This document shows positions 36,343 to 45,919 of a stretch of DNA of 64,000 nt, piece by piece. The position numbers and the translations under genes were made by a program. The DNA is from Acidimicrobiales bacterium. GTDB lineage: Bacteria; Actinomycetota; Acidimicrobiia; Acidimicrobiales; UBA8190. The stretch is from the NCBI GenBank assembly GCA_050011255.1, contig JBEKJK010000012.1, positions 4,007 through 68,006 on the forward strand. Reading direction: 5' to 3'. A model generated the notes under the pieces. That model did no database searches, had not been told where the DNA came from, and was given only the letters and a program-made list of their open reading frames with translations. Within the stretch, counting starts at the first letter, position 1. Each line of letters begins with the position of its first letter.

Positions 36343-37593
36343 ATGACCGATCCCGGACCGGATCTGCGGATCGCTCTGTACTCGGGCATCTTCGTGCACC
36401 ACGACGCAGTGTCCAACAGCCTTCAAAGCAAGTTGGACATCCTCGAGTCACTCGACGCACGCGGCGCGCGTATCGACCTGAACGTGTTCACGCAGGCCAG
36501 CGATTACCGCGCACCGTACATCCGAGGTGTTCCAACCGTCGCCGAGCTCTTGCGCCAAGAGGCATTTTGGTCCACGGACGTGCATATCTTCGAGTTCGGC
36601 ATGTCCTACGAGCTGTTCGACTCGGTCTTCGTAATTCCGCCCGATCGGCCGATCATGGTGGTGGAGCACAATACGACGCCGCCCGAGCTCGTCGACGACC
36701 CCGCCGTGAAGCTCGGTTGTGAGGCCGCTCTCCTACAACGGCACAACATCTCCAAGGCGTATCGGGTGGCCTGTGTGAGCGAGTTCAATCTCGACTTGGA
36801 CCGGTCCATCGGTGTCGCGGAGGATCGCCTACGTGTCCTGCACCTACCGCCCGCTCACCGGCTCAGCCCGGCTGATCGCAAGGGCTTTGGCGACACCCAA
36901 GGCCCTGTTCGCCTCCTGTACCTGGGCCGTCTCGTACGTGCCAAAGGCGTCGGTGACCTCCTCAAGGCCGTATCGTCGCTGTGGGGTCACGGCGACGACC
37001 GCTTCGTGTTGACTCTGGCCGGGAACCCGCGCTTCTCCGACGAGGCGGTCGTGCGCCAGCTCGAGCGCTGTACGAGGCGCTTCGCGGGACTCGGGAAGCT
37101 GCAAGTCGTCTCCAGCCCGAGCGACGAAGACATCGTCGAGCTGTTTCACAGCGCCGACGTCCTCGTGATCCCTTCGTACCACGAGGGTTACTGCGTCCCG
37201 GTCATAGAGGCGATGTCGGCAGGGTGCTACGTGATCGGCTCCGACGCAGGCAACCTCCCGAACATCATGGGTGGACTCGGAAGGGTCGTCCCCGCCGGGG
37301 ACGTCTTCGCGCTCACAACGGCGATCGCCGAATTGGTCTCGCGCATGCGACCTGCCTCCGACGCTACACCTGACACCATGAGCGCCGTACGGGTCCCGAC
37401 CGACTATGGAGAGCTCGAATTTGCGGAGTGGTCGGCGCTGGTGGCCGAGCATCTGGAGGACTACTCCGATACCGCCTACGAGCGTGGCTTCATCCGTCTG
37501 CTCGCAGAGCTGGCGGATGCTTCACTCGCGGGATTGTCACCAAGACTCGGGGGGCTCATCTCCGAGCGAACGCGCGAGCTGATGCGCGCATGA
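36343..37593 (+). CDS. Glycosyltransferase family 4 (GT-B)
   Basis: LLYLGRLVRAKGVGDLLKAV...ADVLVIPSYHEGYCVPVIEAMSAGCYVIGSDAGNLPNIMG (E-x7-E region). Confidence 0.85.
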   Translation: MTDPGPDLRIALYSGIFVHHDAVSNSLQSKLDILESLDARGARIDLNVFTQASDYRAPYIRGVPTVAELLRQEAFWSTDVHIFEFGMSYELFDSVFVIPPDRPIMVVEHNTTPPELVDDPAVKLGCEAALLQRHNISKAYRVACVSEFNLDLDRSIGVAEDRLRVLHLPPAHRLSPADRKGFGDTQGPVRLLYLGRLVRAKGVGDLLKAVSSLWGHGDDRFVLTLAGNPRFSDEAVVRQLERCTRRFAGLGKLQVVSSPSDEDIVELFHSADVLVIPSYHEGYCVPVIEAMSAGCYVIGSDAGNLPNIMGGLGRVVPAGDVFALTTAIAELVSRMRPASDATPDTMSAVRVPTDYGELEFAEWSALVAEHLEDYSDTAYERGFIRLLAELADASLAGLSPRLGGLISERTRELMRA

Positions 37594-39875
37594 ATGCTCG
37601 CAGCTTCTCGGTCGTCGTCAACACCTACAACCGAGCAGACAGCCTGCGTTTGACGCTCCTCGGGCTCGAGCAGCTCGACTACCCGATCTTCGAAGTCGTC
37701 GTCGTGAACGGCCCATCCGACGACGACACCGAGGAGGTGTTGGCGCAGTACGCGGGACGCCTGAAGGTGGCTCGCTGCATGCACCGAAACCTCTCGGAGT
37801 CGAGGAACATCGGGGTCGGTGTCTCCGCGGGCGAGATCGTGGCCTTCATCGACGACGACGCATACCCTGACCCCGCCTGGCTCGACTCAATAGCTCTCGC
37901 GTACGACGACCCGGAGGTCGCAGCGGCCGGCGGGCCCGTCTACAACTTCACGGGCGTGACGATCCAAGCCTGGTCTAGCTACGTCGACAGCCTGGGCAAC
38001 GCCTGGGCCGAGTGGAACAGCGCCCCCGGTCTCACCGAGCTCCTCAGCGCGCCTGCGAGCAACGTCGTTCCGTACACGATCGGCACGAACGCCTCGTTCA
38101 GGCGCGCCCTCCTCACCGCGATCGGAGGGTTCGACGAAGAGTTCGAGTACTACCTCGACGAGTCCGACGTGTGCAGGCGGCTCACCGATTCGGGCTACGT
38201 GGTCAAGGCGCTCGACGACGGTTTCGTCTATCACAAGTTCCTGCCGAGCTCGGTTCGTGACAGACCTGACGTCGTGAAGGACTACTACCAGGTGCTCAAG
38301 AGCAAATTCTACTTCGCTCTCAAACACGGAACGAGATACAAGTCGTTCTTCGAGGTGTGCGAGGACCTGGCGTCGTTCGTGCAGGTCGCCAAGCGTGACG
38401 TCGAGCACGCCGTGAGCACGGGGGCGCTGAGCGTGGACGACCAGCGGAAATTCGAGTCAGATCGCCACAAGGCCTCGAATGCCGCCTTCGAGGCCTTCCT
38501 GTACGCCAAGCCCCGAACGCGACGACCTGAGTGGTTCGCGTCGAAGACAGAGGAGCTCCTGCCGTTCCCCACGCGACGTCCGAGGCAGGAGAAGCTTCAC
38601 GTGTGCTACTTGACACAGGAGTACCCGCCGAAGCGTGTGAACGGGATCGGCCGGGTCGTCCACCTCCTGGCAACGGGAATGGCCGGCACCGGTCACGTCA
38701 TTCACGTCTTGACACAGGGCGAGGGCACTCCCCGGGTCGATCTGGAGGAAGGGGTGTGGGTCCACCGCCTTGCGATTGCCGAGCACACTGCACCCACCGA
38801 TCCGAAAGTGCCCGCCCGCCTCTGGGCTTACTCGGCAACGATGTGCGAGGAGCTCCGACGCATCCACGCCCACCGGCCCATCGACGTCGTCCAAGCCCCC
38901 AACTGGGACTCGGAGGGCATCGCAGCAGAGCTCGACGGGAGGTTCCGCGTCGTCATCGGGCTCTACACGCCGCTCAAGACGCTCACCCGCGTGGACCGCT
39001 TGTTCGCCGAGGCCCTCGAGGGGGACGACCCGACGCTTCGCGACATGGTGGACCTCGAGCGCTACGTGTACGAGCACGCCGGGGGGATCCTCGCGTGCGG
39101 GCCCGCGGTCATAGACGAGGTCGAGACCGAGTACGAGATCGTGCTCGACCGCCGGTTCGTAGGACTGGTGCCGCACGGGCTCCCTGACCCCACCCTGGGG
39201 GTCAGACCCGCCGAGCGTCCCGGGAAGGTGAACGTCCTGTTCGTCGGTCGTCTGGAAGCCCGCAAGGGGATCGACACACTTCTGGAGTGCGTGTGTCAGC
39301 TCGCCCAGGAGTTCGACGACGTGGTCTTCACCGTGGTCGGCGACGACTCGCTCCCGGCCTCCGGTGGGACAACCTTTCGCCGCGCCTTCGAGGCCTCGGC
39401 CAACTACGCCCGCGGTAGGGTCCAGTTCACCGGACCCGTCGACGACGACCTGCTGCGCCGTTTCTACGCGGGCTGCGACATACTCGTGGTCCCGTCGCGT
39501 TTCGAATCCTTCGGGCTCATCCTCCTGGAGGCGATGATGTTCTCCAAGCCTGTGGTCGCAAGCGCCGTGGGAGGAATCGGCGAGGTCGTGGCCGACGGTG
39601 AGAGCGGGATCCTCGTACCCCCCGGTGACGTCGCGGAGCTGTCCGCCGCACTCGCCAGGCTCATCCGATCGCCGGAGCTACGCCGAGAAATGGGGTCACA
39701 CGGAAGAAGGCGATTCGAGGAATGTTTTCGATCCTCTGTCATGGTGCAGGGTGCCGAGGCCTTCTACCGACAGCTCATCCGCTCGAGTCGAGTTGCAGCG
39801 GATTCGTCGTGCGCGCCACGATCGCACACGGAGAACACGCAGAACACGGCTCATAGAGGAGGATTCGTCCGCTGA
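37590..39875 (+). CDS. Bifunctional glycosyltransferase: N-terminal GT2 (GT-A) + C-terminal GT4 (GT-B)
   Basis: FSVVVNTYNRADSLRLTLLGLEQL...VVVVNGPSDDDT...AFIDDDAYPDP (GT2). LHVCYLTQEYPPKRVNGIGRVV...LFVGRLEARKGID...VPSRFESFGLILLEAMMFSKPVVASAVGGIGEVV (GT4). ATGA overlap with the upstream gene. Confidence 0.85.
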   Translation: MNARSFSVVVNTYNRADSLRLTLLGLEQLDYPIFEVVVVNGPSDDDTEEVLAQYAGRLKVARCMHRNLSESRNIGVGVSAGEIVAFIDDDAYPDPAWLDSIALAYDDPEVAAAGGPVYNFTGVTIQAWSSYVDSLGNAWAEWNSAPGLTELLSAPASNVVPYTIGTNASFRRALLTAIGGFDEEFEYYLDESDVCRRLTDSGYVVKALDDGFVYHKFLPSSVRDRPDVVKDYYQVLKSKFYFALKHGTRYKSFFEVCEDLASFVQVAKRDVEHAVSTGALSVDDQRKFESDRHKASNAAFEAFLYAKPRTRRPEWFASKTEELLPFPTRRPRQEKLHVCYLTQEYPPKRVNGIGRVVHLLATGMAGTGHVIHVLTQGEGTPRVDLEEGVWVHRLAIAEHTAPTDPKVPARLWAYSATMCEELRRIHAHRPIDVVQAPNWDSEGIAAELDGRFRVVIGLYTPLKTLTRVDRLFAEALEGDDPTLRDMVDLERYVYEHAGGILACGPAVIDEVETEYEIVLDRRFVGLVPHGLPDPTLGVRPAERPGKVNVLFVGRLEARKGIDTLLECVCQLAQEFDDVVFTVVGDDSLPASGGTTFRRAFEASANYARGRVQFTGPVDDDLLRRFYAGCDILVVPSRFESFGLILLEAMMFSKPVVASAVGGIGEVVADGESGILVPPGDVAELSAALARLIRSPELRREMGSHGRRRFEECFRSSVMVQGAEAFYRQLIRSSRVAADSSCAPRSHTENTQNTAHRGGFVR

Positions 39876-39913
39876 ACGACCTCGAACTACCCGACGTCTT
39901 CGATGTCGAGCTC

Positions 39914-40561
39914 ATGAAACGCTTGGTCTTCTCGCGTCCGTGGTTCCATACAATCGACCTGGGTCACGGCGTCATCACTCCGGGCATCGACCAGTCCTGG
40001 GCGAAGCTTCAGCTACTAGGTTTTCCTAGGTCCTTCGCGGGCAAGGCGGTGCTCGACGTCGGAGCGTACGACGGCTTCTTCTCGTTCGAGGCCGAGCAGC
40101 GGAGGGCCGCGCGCGTGGTCGCAGCGGACGACTTCTGCTGGAGCCGTCCCGACGATCCGATGACCGACGGACACGGGTTCGACATCGCGCACTGGGCCCT
40201 GCAGAGCCACGTAGAGAAGAGGCGGATCGCGGTCGAGGACATCTCCCCCGATACGGTCGGCATGTTCGACTACGTCTTCTTCCTCGGGGTCCTCTATCAC
40301 GCGCCCGATCCCCTGGGTTACCTTCGCAGGGTCTACTCGGTCTGTTCCAAGACCCTCATCCTCGAGACCCACGTCGACGCGCTCGAGTACGACCGTCCGA
40401 TGATGGTGTTCTACCCAGGGGCGACGCTCGGTGACGACCCCTCGAACTTCTGGGGCCCGAACCGCCTCTGCGTAACTGAGATGTTGCGCGAGGTCGGGTT
40501 TCGCGGAGTCGAGCTCGTCTCCCATCAAGGTTCGAGAATGGCGTTCCACGCACACCGATGA
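39914..40561 (+). CDS. Class I SAM-dependent methyltransferase (DUF1698/CmoB-like)
   Basis: WFHTIDLGHGVITPG...FAGKAVLDVGAYDGFFSFEA...FDYVFFLGVLYHAPDP. Confidence 0.8.
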   Translation: MKRLVFSRPWFHTIDLGHGVITPGIDQSWAKLQLLGFPRSFAGKAVLDVGAYDGFFSFEAEQRRAARVVAADDFCWSRPDDPMTDGHGFDIAHWALQSHVEKRRIAVEDISPDTVGMFDYVFFLGVLYHAPDPLGYLRRVYSVCSKTLILETHVDALEYDRPMMVFYPGATLGDDPSNFWGPNRLCVTEMLREVGFRGVELVSHQGSRMAFHAHR

Positions 40562-40583
40562 GCATCGAGCACGGAGCGCGCTG

Positions 40584-41687
40584 CTAACGCGGGCTGCGCA
40601 CAGCGATCGCCGAACGGATCACCTCTGCGAAGCGCTCGCGCGAGCGTTCGAGCGACATGCACGACAGGCGCTCGCGTGCCTCGTGAGCCAGCACCGATCG
40701 CAGGTTGCGGTCACCCACGACGAGGTCGATCGCAGCTGCCACCCTCGAGGGTTCCTTGCTGTCGAGGACGATCCCCGCGTCGCCGACAGTGTCAGGGACG
40801 GCGGCGGCACCGTAGGCGACGATGGGGAGACGATGCACCATCGCCTCGAGGAGCGGAACACAGAAACCCTCGTGGTCCGACAGACAGACGAAGACGTCGG
40901 CAGCCCGGTAGTACGCGACGAGCTCCGCGTGGGTCACGGATCCGGGGATCTCCACCGCGTCCCTCAACCCCAGGAGCTCGGCGAAGCGCTCGAGTGCCCA
41001 CGGGTAGGCGTCGCCGATCGCACCGCCCACGATCCGCAGACGCGCCAAGGGGTCATAGAGCCGGCGGTAGAGGGCGAAGGCTTTGATGAGGTCGTGCTGG
41101 GCCTTGTGCGGGGCGACCTTGCCAACGAACAACAGATCATGGCCGCCTTGCGCCCGCTCGGATGTGAGCCGGGCCGACAGCGCTCGGTCCGCCTGGCCTT
41201 CGAGCTCCTTGATGTCGACGAGAAGGGGGGCTACCGCCGTGAGACCGTAGCCGGCACGCTTGAGCTCCCCCTCGTTGTATGCCGAGTCCGCCATCGCGAG
41301 CGTCGTGAGCGGAGCGAGCTGTCTCATCTGGGACCGGCCGAGACGCAGCTCGTCGCCGACTTCGGGTTCCCATCGGTCCAACAGCTCCACCGGAGTGATG
41401 TTGTGATAGTCGACGAGCTTGGTTTCCGGACGCTGGGCGAAGGCATGCGCGGCGGGGCTCCCGATCGACAGCTGGTAGAGCAGCCACCGCCCCTGCGGAT
41501 CGACGTCACCGAGTCTCTCTATGTGGCGCCCCTCGCCCAGCAAGTCCGTGGAGGCGTTCGCGTAGTAGACGTCGGAACGCAGTCCCATCTGCCGCAGCAG
41601 GTCGCGTACCTGGATGGTGTGCCCACCGATCGCGTCACGGCTCGCGAGGGTCGGAACGACCTGGTCGATCCTCCGTACGCCGCTCAT
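40584..41687 (-). CDS. Glycosyltransferase family 4 (GT-B)
   Basis: LLFVGKVAPHKAQHDLIKAF...ADVFVCLSDHEGFCVPLLEAMVHRLPIVAYGAAAVPDTVG. Confidence 0.85.
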   Translation of the reverse strand: MSGVRRIDQVVPTLASRDAIGGHTIQVRDLLRQMGLRSDVYYANASTDLLGEGRHIERLGDVDPQGRWLLYQLSIGSPAAHAFAQRPETKLVDYHNITPVELLDRWEPEVGDELRLGRSQMRQLAPLTTLAMADSAYNEGELKRAGYGLTAVAPLLVDIKELEGQADRALSARLTSERAQGGHDLLFVGKVAPHKAQHDLIKAFALYRRLYDPLARLRIVGGAIGDAYPWALERFAELLGLRDAVEIPGSVTHAELVAYYRAADVFVCLSDHEGFCVPLLEAMVHRLPIVAYGAAAVPDTVGDAGIVLDSKEPSRVAAAIDLVVGDRNLRSVLAHEARERLSCMSLERSRERFAEVIRSAIAVRSPR

Positions 41688-42799
41688 CGCGCATCTGCTT
41701 CACGCACCCCGATGACGAGGTACTCGTCGGGCCCCGCCAGCAAGGCACCCAGTACTCCCAGGAGATTTTCGTCGGCCGTCGGCGCCCCTCCGGAACTCTC
41801 TTGCAGTCGTGTTCGCAGATCGGTCCCGCCACGGTGCACCTCGATCCGCCCGAACCCGTTTCTCGTCAGGAGGTACGACCACGTCTCGGCATGAAGGGGA
41901 TGGCCCGGTGCCAGGTCCGCCACGAGTGGGTCGGCGACGCGCCCCCAGGCCTCCGGTGTGAGAGAGACGACGAGAAGCACTCCCGTGTCAGCAATTCGCG
42001 CGGACAGCAGCGACATGAGCTGCGTGCATCCTCGCGCGCCGAGCACCTGCACCGAACCCTCGAGCACCGCTCCGCCCAGTGCACCGGTTGGCAACGATCG
42101 CAGATGGTCGGTCAGCTCCTCGCACCGAATGTGTGGCCCCGAGCTCGCCGCCAACCCTGACGAGGTCCCGTACGGGTCCAAGCCGTAGGCGTCGACACCA
42201 GCGGCGCGAAGAGCTCGAATCAACATGCCCTCTCCGCACTCCGAGTGCAGGACCGGAGCTGAAACACCCGACAGCGCCGAGAGTGCCAGCGACGACCACC
42301 ACCGCTCGCCGGGTGCCTGGTGCGCGACGATATCGCTAGGCATGGACGGTCGGAGAGCCGACACCTCCTCGTGCAGTCGGTCCAAGTCCTCTGCGACGAG
42401 ATTGAAGGCTCGCGCCACGGCCAGTGCGAACCGCGAGAACTGCGAGACGAAGAACCGCACGTACCATCCGACGGCTGCTCGGACCACGCGCTTTACGACC
42501 GAGCCTCCCGCTCGGCGCGACGCCACGGGCACTTGGAGGTCGATCGCCGCGCTGCGCTCGACGAATGACACGCCCCGTCTCAACGCGTGATCCCTGATTC
42601 CTTCGCGCGGGGCGAGCTCGCCGAACATCCGGTCGAGCTCGCTCTCGAAGTCGCCCGGCACAGCGCCAGAAGCACGCTGGCGTGCCACCTCCTCGTCGAT
42701 CTCGACTATGGCCCTGCGAAGCGCCCGTCGTCCTTCTTCGATGTTCACCCCCGAACGCTCATCGCCGACTGGGGCCGACGGTGGATCGTCGAAGCGCAC
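41684..42799 (-). CDS. SAM-dependent methyltransferase domain protein with N-terminal helical/coiled-coil extension
   Basis: N-terminal RRALRRAIVEIDEEVARQRASGAVPGDFESELDRMF. Methyltransferase-like VLHSECGEGMLIRALRAAGVDAYGLDP. 4-nt overlap with the downstream GT4 gene. Confidence 0.65.
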   Translation of the reverse strand: MRFDDPPSAPVGDERSGVNIEEGRRALRRAIVEIDEEVARQRASGAVPGDFESELDRMFGELAPREGIRDHALRRGVSFVERSAAIDLQVPVASRRAGGSVVKRVVRAAVGWYVRFFVSQFSRFALAVARAFNLVAEDLDRLHEEVSALRPSMPSDIVAHQAPGERWWSSLALSALSGVSAPVLHSECGEGMLIRALRAAGVDAYGLDPYGTSSGLAASSGPHIRCEELTDHLRSLPTGALGGAVLEGSVQVLGARGCTQLMSLLSARIADTGVLLVVSLTPEAWGRVADPLVADLAPGHPLHAETWSYLLTRNGFGRIEVHRGGTDLRTRLQESSGGAPTADENLLGVLGALLAGPDEYLVIGVREADAR

Positions 42800-43022
42800 G
42801 ATTCAATTGATATCCCCCACAGCGCGACGACGCATCTTCGCGACCCCGGCCACCTGACCCCGTCTCTGTCGAGGACGCCCTCGTACGGTCTGTCGAGAAC
42901 GCCTTCGTGGGGTGGCGCCCGAATCCACAAGACCTGCTTCTCCACGAGCAGCTACTGTTCCTCGTGGAGCGCTCCCCCGAGGGGACGTCGCACCGTCGGC
43001 GGTGCAGCAGAACCTCCTTCGT

Positions 43023-43051
43023 TTAACAAATTACGCACAAACAGTGAGAAT
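43023..43051 (+). promoter_or_regulatory. Sigma-70-like promoter candidate in an AT-richer gap
   Basis: TTAACA - 17 nt - GAGAAT within tttaacaaattacgcacaaacagtgagaatattag, about 55 nt upstream of the GTG at 43106. Confidence 0.3.
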
Positions 43052-43105
43052 ATTAGCCGCGCTATGTATCAATGACCGCGGCCCGTCGTCCGATACATAC
43101 ATTCT

Positions 43106-45139
43106 GTGAACCTCTTCAATTCCCCGACTTCGCCACCCGAACCACGACGACCAGCGGCCCTGCGAAGAGGCGCCGCCGGCTCTCGCCGGCTCGCCTCGGT
43201 GGTCGCGGGACTCGCCGGCACCCTGCTGCTGTCGTCACCGGTTGGTGCCCTGGCGACGTCCGGAGTCCGCACGGCGCCGGCGCTGACCCAAAACGCTCCG
43301 GCGTCCCCGATCAGGCCTGTGTTGGCCGCGTCGGTGACCGCACCACACGGGATCGTCCCGCCGGCCAATCCTGCGCAGACCATCGCGCCCTCACCGAACT
43401 TCCTAGCGAATTGCTCGGCAAGCTACTACGACGACTCTCAAGGGTGCCTGGACGCGACGCTTCAGGCGATAACAAACGCCCGGGCACAGGAGGGGGTGGC
43501 GGATATGGCGCTTCCCACCGACTGGGCGTCTCTAAGCCCCCAAGAACAGCTCTTCGTCGCTACGAACCTCGAGCGCACCGCGCGCGGTCTGACGCCGCTG
43601 TCGGCGATGGCGACGACGCTCGACCAGGCAGCACAACAGGGCGCCGGCGCTGACCAGGACCCCTCCCCTCCGGGCGGTTTCCCGTGGTCGTCTTGGGGCA
43701 GCAATTGGACCGCAGCCGTGGGCAACCCGCTCGAGGCGATCTACTACTGGATGTACGACGACGGTGAGGGCTCGTCGAACGCCGACTGCACCCCGGCGAA
43801 CACGAGCGGTTGCTGGCAGCATCGCGACAACATCCTCATGGCGCTTCGCTGCCAGCCGTGCGAGATAGGGACCGGCTACGCATCCGGGGCATGGCAAGGC
43901 CAGCCGAGCTGGACCGCGCTGCTCGTGGACACATCCGGAGCCACGTCACTCGACTACACCTGGACCCAGGTCCTTCCCTACCTGTCGAACAGCAACGGAA
44001 CGGGATCGTCGAACTCGGACCTCTTCGAGTTCGTCTCTGACCACGCCTTCGGGTGTGTGTGGAACTCCTACGACCAAACGGCCGCCACCGGTGGCCCTGA
44101 CATCGCCGCGACGCCGAGCGCGCTGGTCGATCCCCACGACGGCTTTCTCCACGTCTTCGTCAGCGCGGGTGACTCCCATCTCTTCGAGTACGTGAACGAC
44201 GACACCGGGGGGCGTGTCTGGAACTACTACGACCTCACGGCTGCGTTCGGCGTCTTGGACATCTCTGGAAGTCCGAGCGCGCTGGTCGATCCCCACGACG
44301 GCTTTCTCCATGTCTTCGAACGTGCCTCTGACGGACATCTCCTCGAGTACGTGAACGACGGAGTCGGGGGGCGTGCATGGAACCCCTACGACCTCACAGC
44401 CACATACGCCCCCTCGACGCCTCTCGGTGCCGCCCCTGACGCTATCTACGACTCCGCGCAGGGACTCATCCACGTCTATGCACAGTCCGCCGCCACCGGC
44501 CACCTGGTGGAGTACACGAACGACGGCGCGAACGGCCAGCCGTGGAACGCCTACGACCTGACCGTGAACGCGGGTTCAGGCAGTCCCGTCTCCGGCATCC
44601 CGAGCGCCGTCTACGACACGGGCCAGGACTTGATCCACACCTACGTCGAGGGCGCGAACGGCCATCTGGTCGAGTACCTCTCGGACCACGCCGACGGGCA
44701 TGTCTGGAACGCGTACGACCTGAGCGCGAACGCCGGAAGCGGTACGCCGATCGGCGGCTCACCCGGCTCGGTGTACGACGCAGGCCAGGATCTCATCCAC
44801 ACCTACGTCGAGGGCGCGAACGGAGAGCTCTTCGAATACGTCTCGGACCACGCCGACGGGCACGTCTGGAACTCGTACGACCTGAGCGCGAACGCAGGAG
44901 GCGGAGCCGGTGTCTCTGGCATCCCTGACCCGGTATACGACTCTGCCAGCGATCTCATCCACACCTACGTCGAGGGCGCGAACAGCCATCTGGTCGAGTA
45001 CCTCTCGGATCACGTCGACGGGCACGTCTGGAACTCGTACGACCTGAGCGAGAACGCCGGAGGCGGGGTCGACGTCGACGACGGGACCAGCGCGATCGTC
45101 ATCGGTGACGTGATCCACGTGTACGTGGGCGGCGGATAG
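43106..45139 (+). CDS. Secreted CAP/SCP (PR-1-like) domain protein fused to a 7-blade WNxYDL/IHVY propeller
   Basis: N-terminal RRGAAGSRRLASVVAGLAGTLLLSSPVGALA (possibly Tat-type). CAP-like NLERTARGLTPL...AIYYWMYDD...CWQHRDNIL. Seven repeats: WNSYDQ, WNYYDL, WNPYDL, WNAYDL, WNAYDL, WNSYDL, WNSYDL. Ends VIHVYVGGG. Confidence 0.8.
   Translation: MNLFNSPTSPPEPRRPAALRRGAAGSRRLASVVAGLAGTLLLSSPVGALATSGVRTAPALTQNAPASPIRPVLAASVTAPHGIVPPANPAQTIAPSPNFLANCSASYYDDSQGCLDATLQAITNARAQEGVADMALPTDWASLSPQEQLFVATNLERTARGLTPLSAMATTLDQAAQQGAGADQDPSPPGGFPWSSWGSNWTAAVGNPLEAIYYWMYDDGEGSSNADCTPANTSGCWQHRDNILMALRCQPCEIGTGYASGAWQGQPSWTALLVDTSGATSLDYTWTQVLPYLSNSNGTGSSNSDLFEFVSDHAFGCVWNSYDQTAATGGPDIAATPSALVDPHDGFLHVFVSAGDSHLFEYVNDDTGGRVWNYYDLTAAFGVLDISGSPSALVDPHDGFLHVFERASDGHLLEYVNDGVGGRAWNPYDLTATYAPSTPLGAAPDAIYDSAQGLIHVYAQSAATGHLVEYTNDGANGQPWNAYDLTVNAGSGSPVSGIPSAVYDTGQDLIHTYVEGANGHLVEYLSDHADGHVWNAYDLSANAGSGTPIGGSPGSVYDAGQDLIHTYVEGANGELFEYVSDHADGHVWNSYDLSANAGGGAGVSGIPDPVYDSASDLIHTYVEGANSHLVEYLSDHVDGHVWNSYDLSENAGGGVDVDDGTSAIVIGDVIHVYVGGG
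44627..45112 (+). repeat. Three tandem 162-bp coding repeats (propeller blades 5-7), near-identical over their first ~100 bp
   Basis: Units start at 44627, 44789 and 44951 with ga(c/t)(t/c)t(g/c)atccacacctacgtcgagggcgcgaac. They encode DLIHTYVEGAN(G/S)(H/E)L(V/F)EY(L/V)SDH(A/V)DGHVWN(A/S)YDLS. Confidence 0.85.
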
Positions 45140-45155
45140 CTGCTCGACACTACGC

Positions 45156-45914
45156 CTAGCGGGAGTCACCTCGTGCACGTCGCTCCACTCTCGTGCGAAG
45201 TGGGCTGAGGATCCACCGCAAGGGACGACCCAGCGCTGGAGCGTGGTCACCCAGCACGAGGCGCGCAGCTCGAGCGGCACCGTGCTCTGCGCGGTTCGCA
45301 ACCCGTACTACTAACGTGGCGACGTTGCGTGTGCGTTCACCGCGAACCCACTCCTTCGGACCGGCGACGGTGACCGAGGACGCGCCACGCGATTCGTCGC
45401 CGCTCGCGGGTGAGACGAATATCTCACCCCTGTCGCGCGCACTCACCGGCTTCACGACGACCAGGCTCGACGGGACCCCGAGCACCCGGATCACGACATC
45501 TCGCTCCTCCTCGTCGCTCACGACCACCTCTTGCGCGAGCGTCCACAGACCTCGCAACGCGGTCGCGTCGACACCGAGCTCGCCACAGATCAGAAAGGTG
45601 ACACTTCCGAAACGACGCAGAGCCGCCGCCAGCGACGTCACCTCGAGCCGCGCCCGTAGGCGGCTCGCACCGGGCCGGAAGGGAACTCCCGGCTCGAGGC
45701 AGAGCACCAGCGCATCGGCTCGCACAGACCTGCCGAGTCGATGAAGTGTCCACGCGCCACGAGCTCCTGTCATCGGGGCATGGAGGTGGGCAGCGCTCGG
45801 ACGCGGCGACACCACCACGACCTCGGCGGCGGCTGAAAGTGCCCGCCGGACTGCCGCGATCGTGAGAGACGCCGCCTGTCCGGGAACGGGCGGATAGCTG
45901 CCCGCCACGAGCAC
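45156..45914 (-). CDS. Hypothetical protein resembling only the N-terminal Rossmann half of a GT-B glycosyltransferase
   Basis: MLVAGSYPPVPGQAASLTIAAVRRAL...EVVVVSP resembles GT4 N-termini. There is no E-x7-E region. Starts 5 nt after the upstream GT4 stop. Confidence 0.55.
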   Translation of the reverse strand: MLVAGSYPPVPGQAASLTIAAVRRALSAAAEVVVVSPRPSAAHLHAPMTGARGAWTLHRLGRSVRADALVLCLEPGVPFRPGASRLRARLEVTSLAAALRRFGSVTFLICGELGVDATALRGLWTLAQEVVVSDEEERDVVIRVLGVPSSLVVVKPVSARDRGEIFVSPASGDESRGASSVTVAGPKEWVRGERTRNVATLVVRVANRAEHGAARAARLVLGDHAPALGRPLRWILSPLRTRVERRARGDSR

Positions 45915-45919
45915 GCGCT

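Noticed and set aside
40683-41894. 403-aa plus-strand ORF.
   Set aside because: It is antisense to the GT4 gene 40584-41687, which has a clear E-x7-E region.
44627-45112. Regularly spaced direct repeats, considered as a possible CRISPR-like array.
   Set aside because: The repeats are 162 bp with no unique spacers, and they are in-frame coding repeats (propeller blades).
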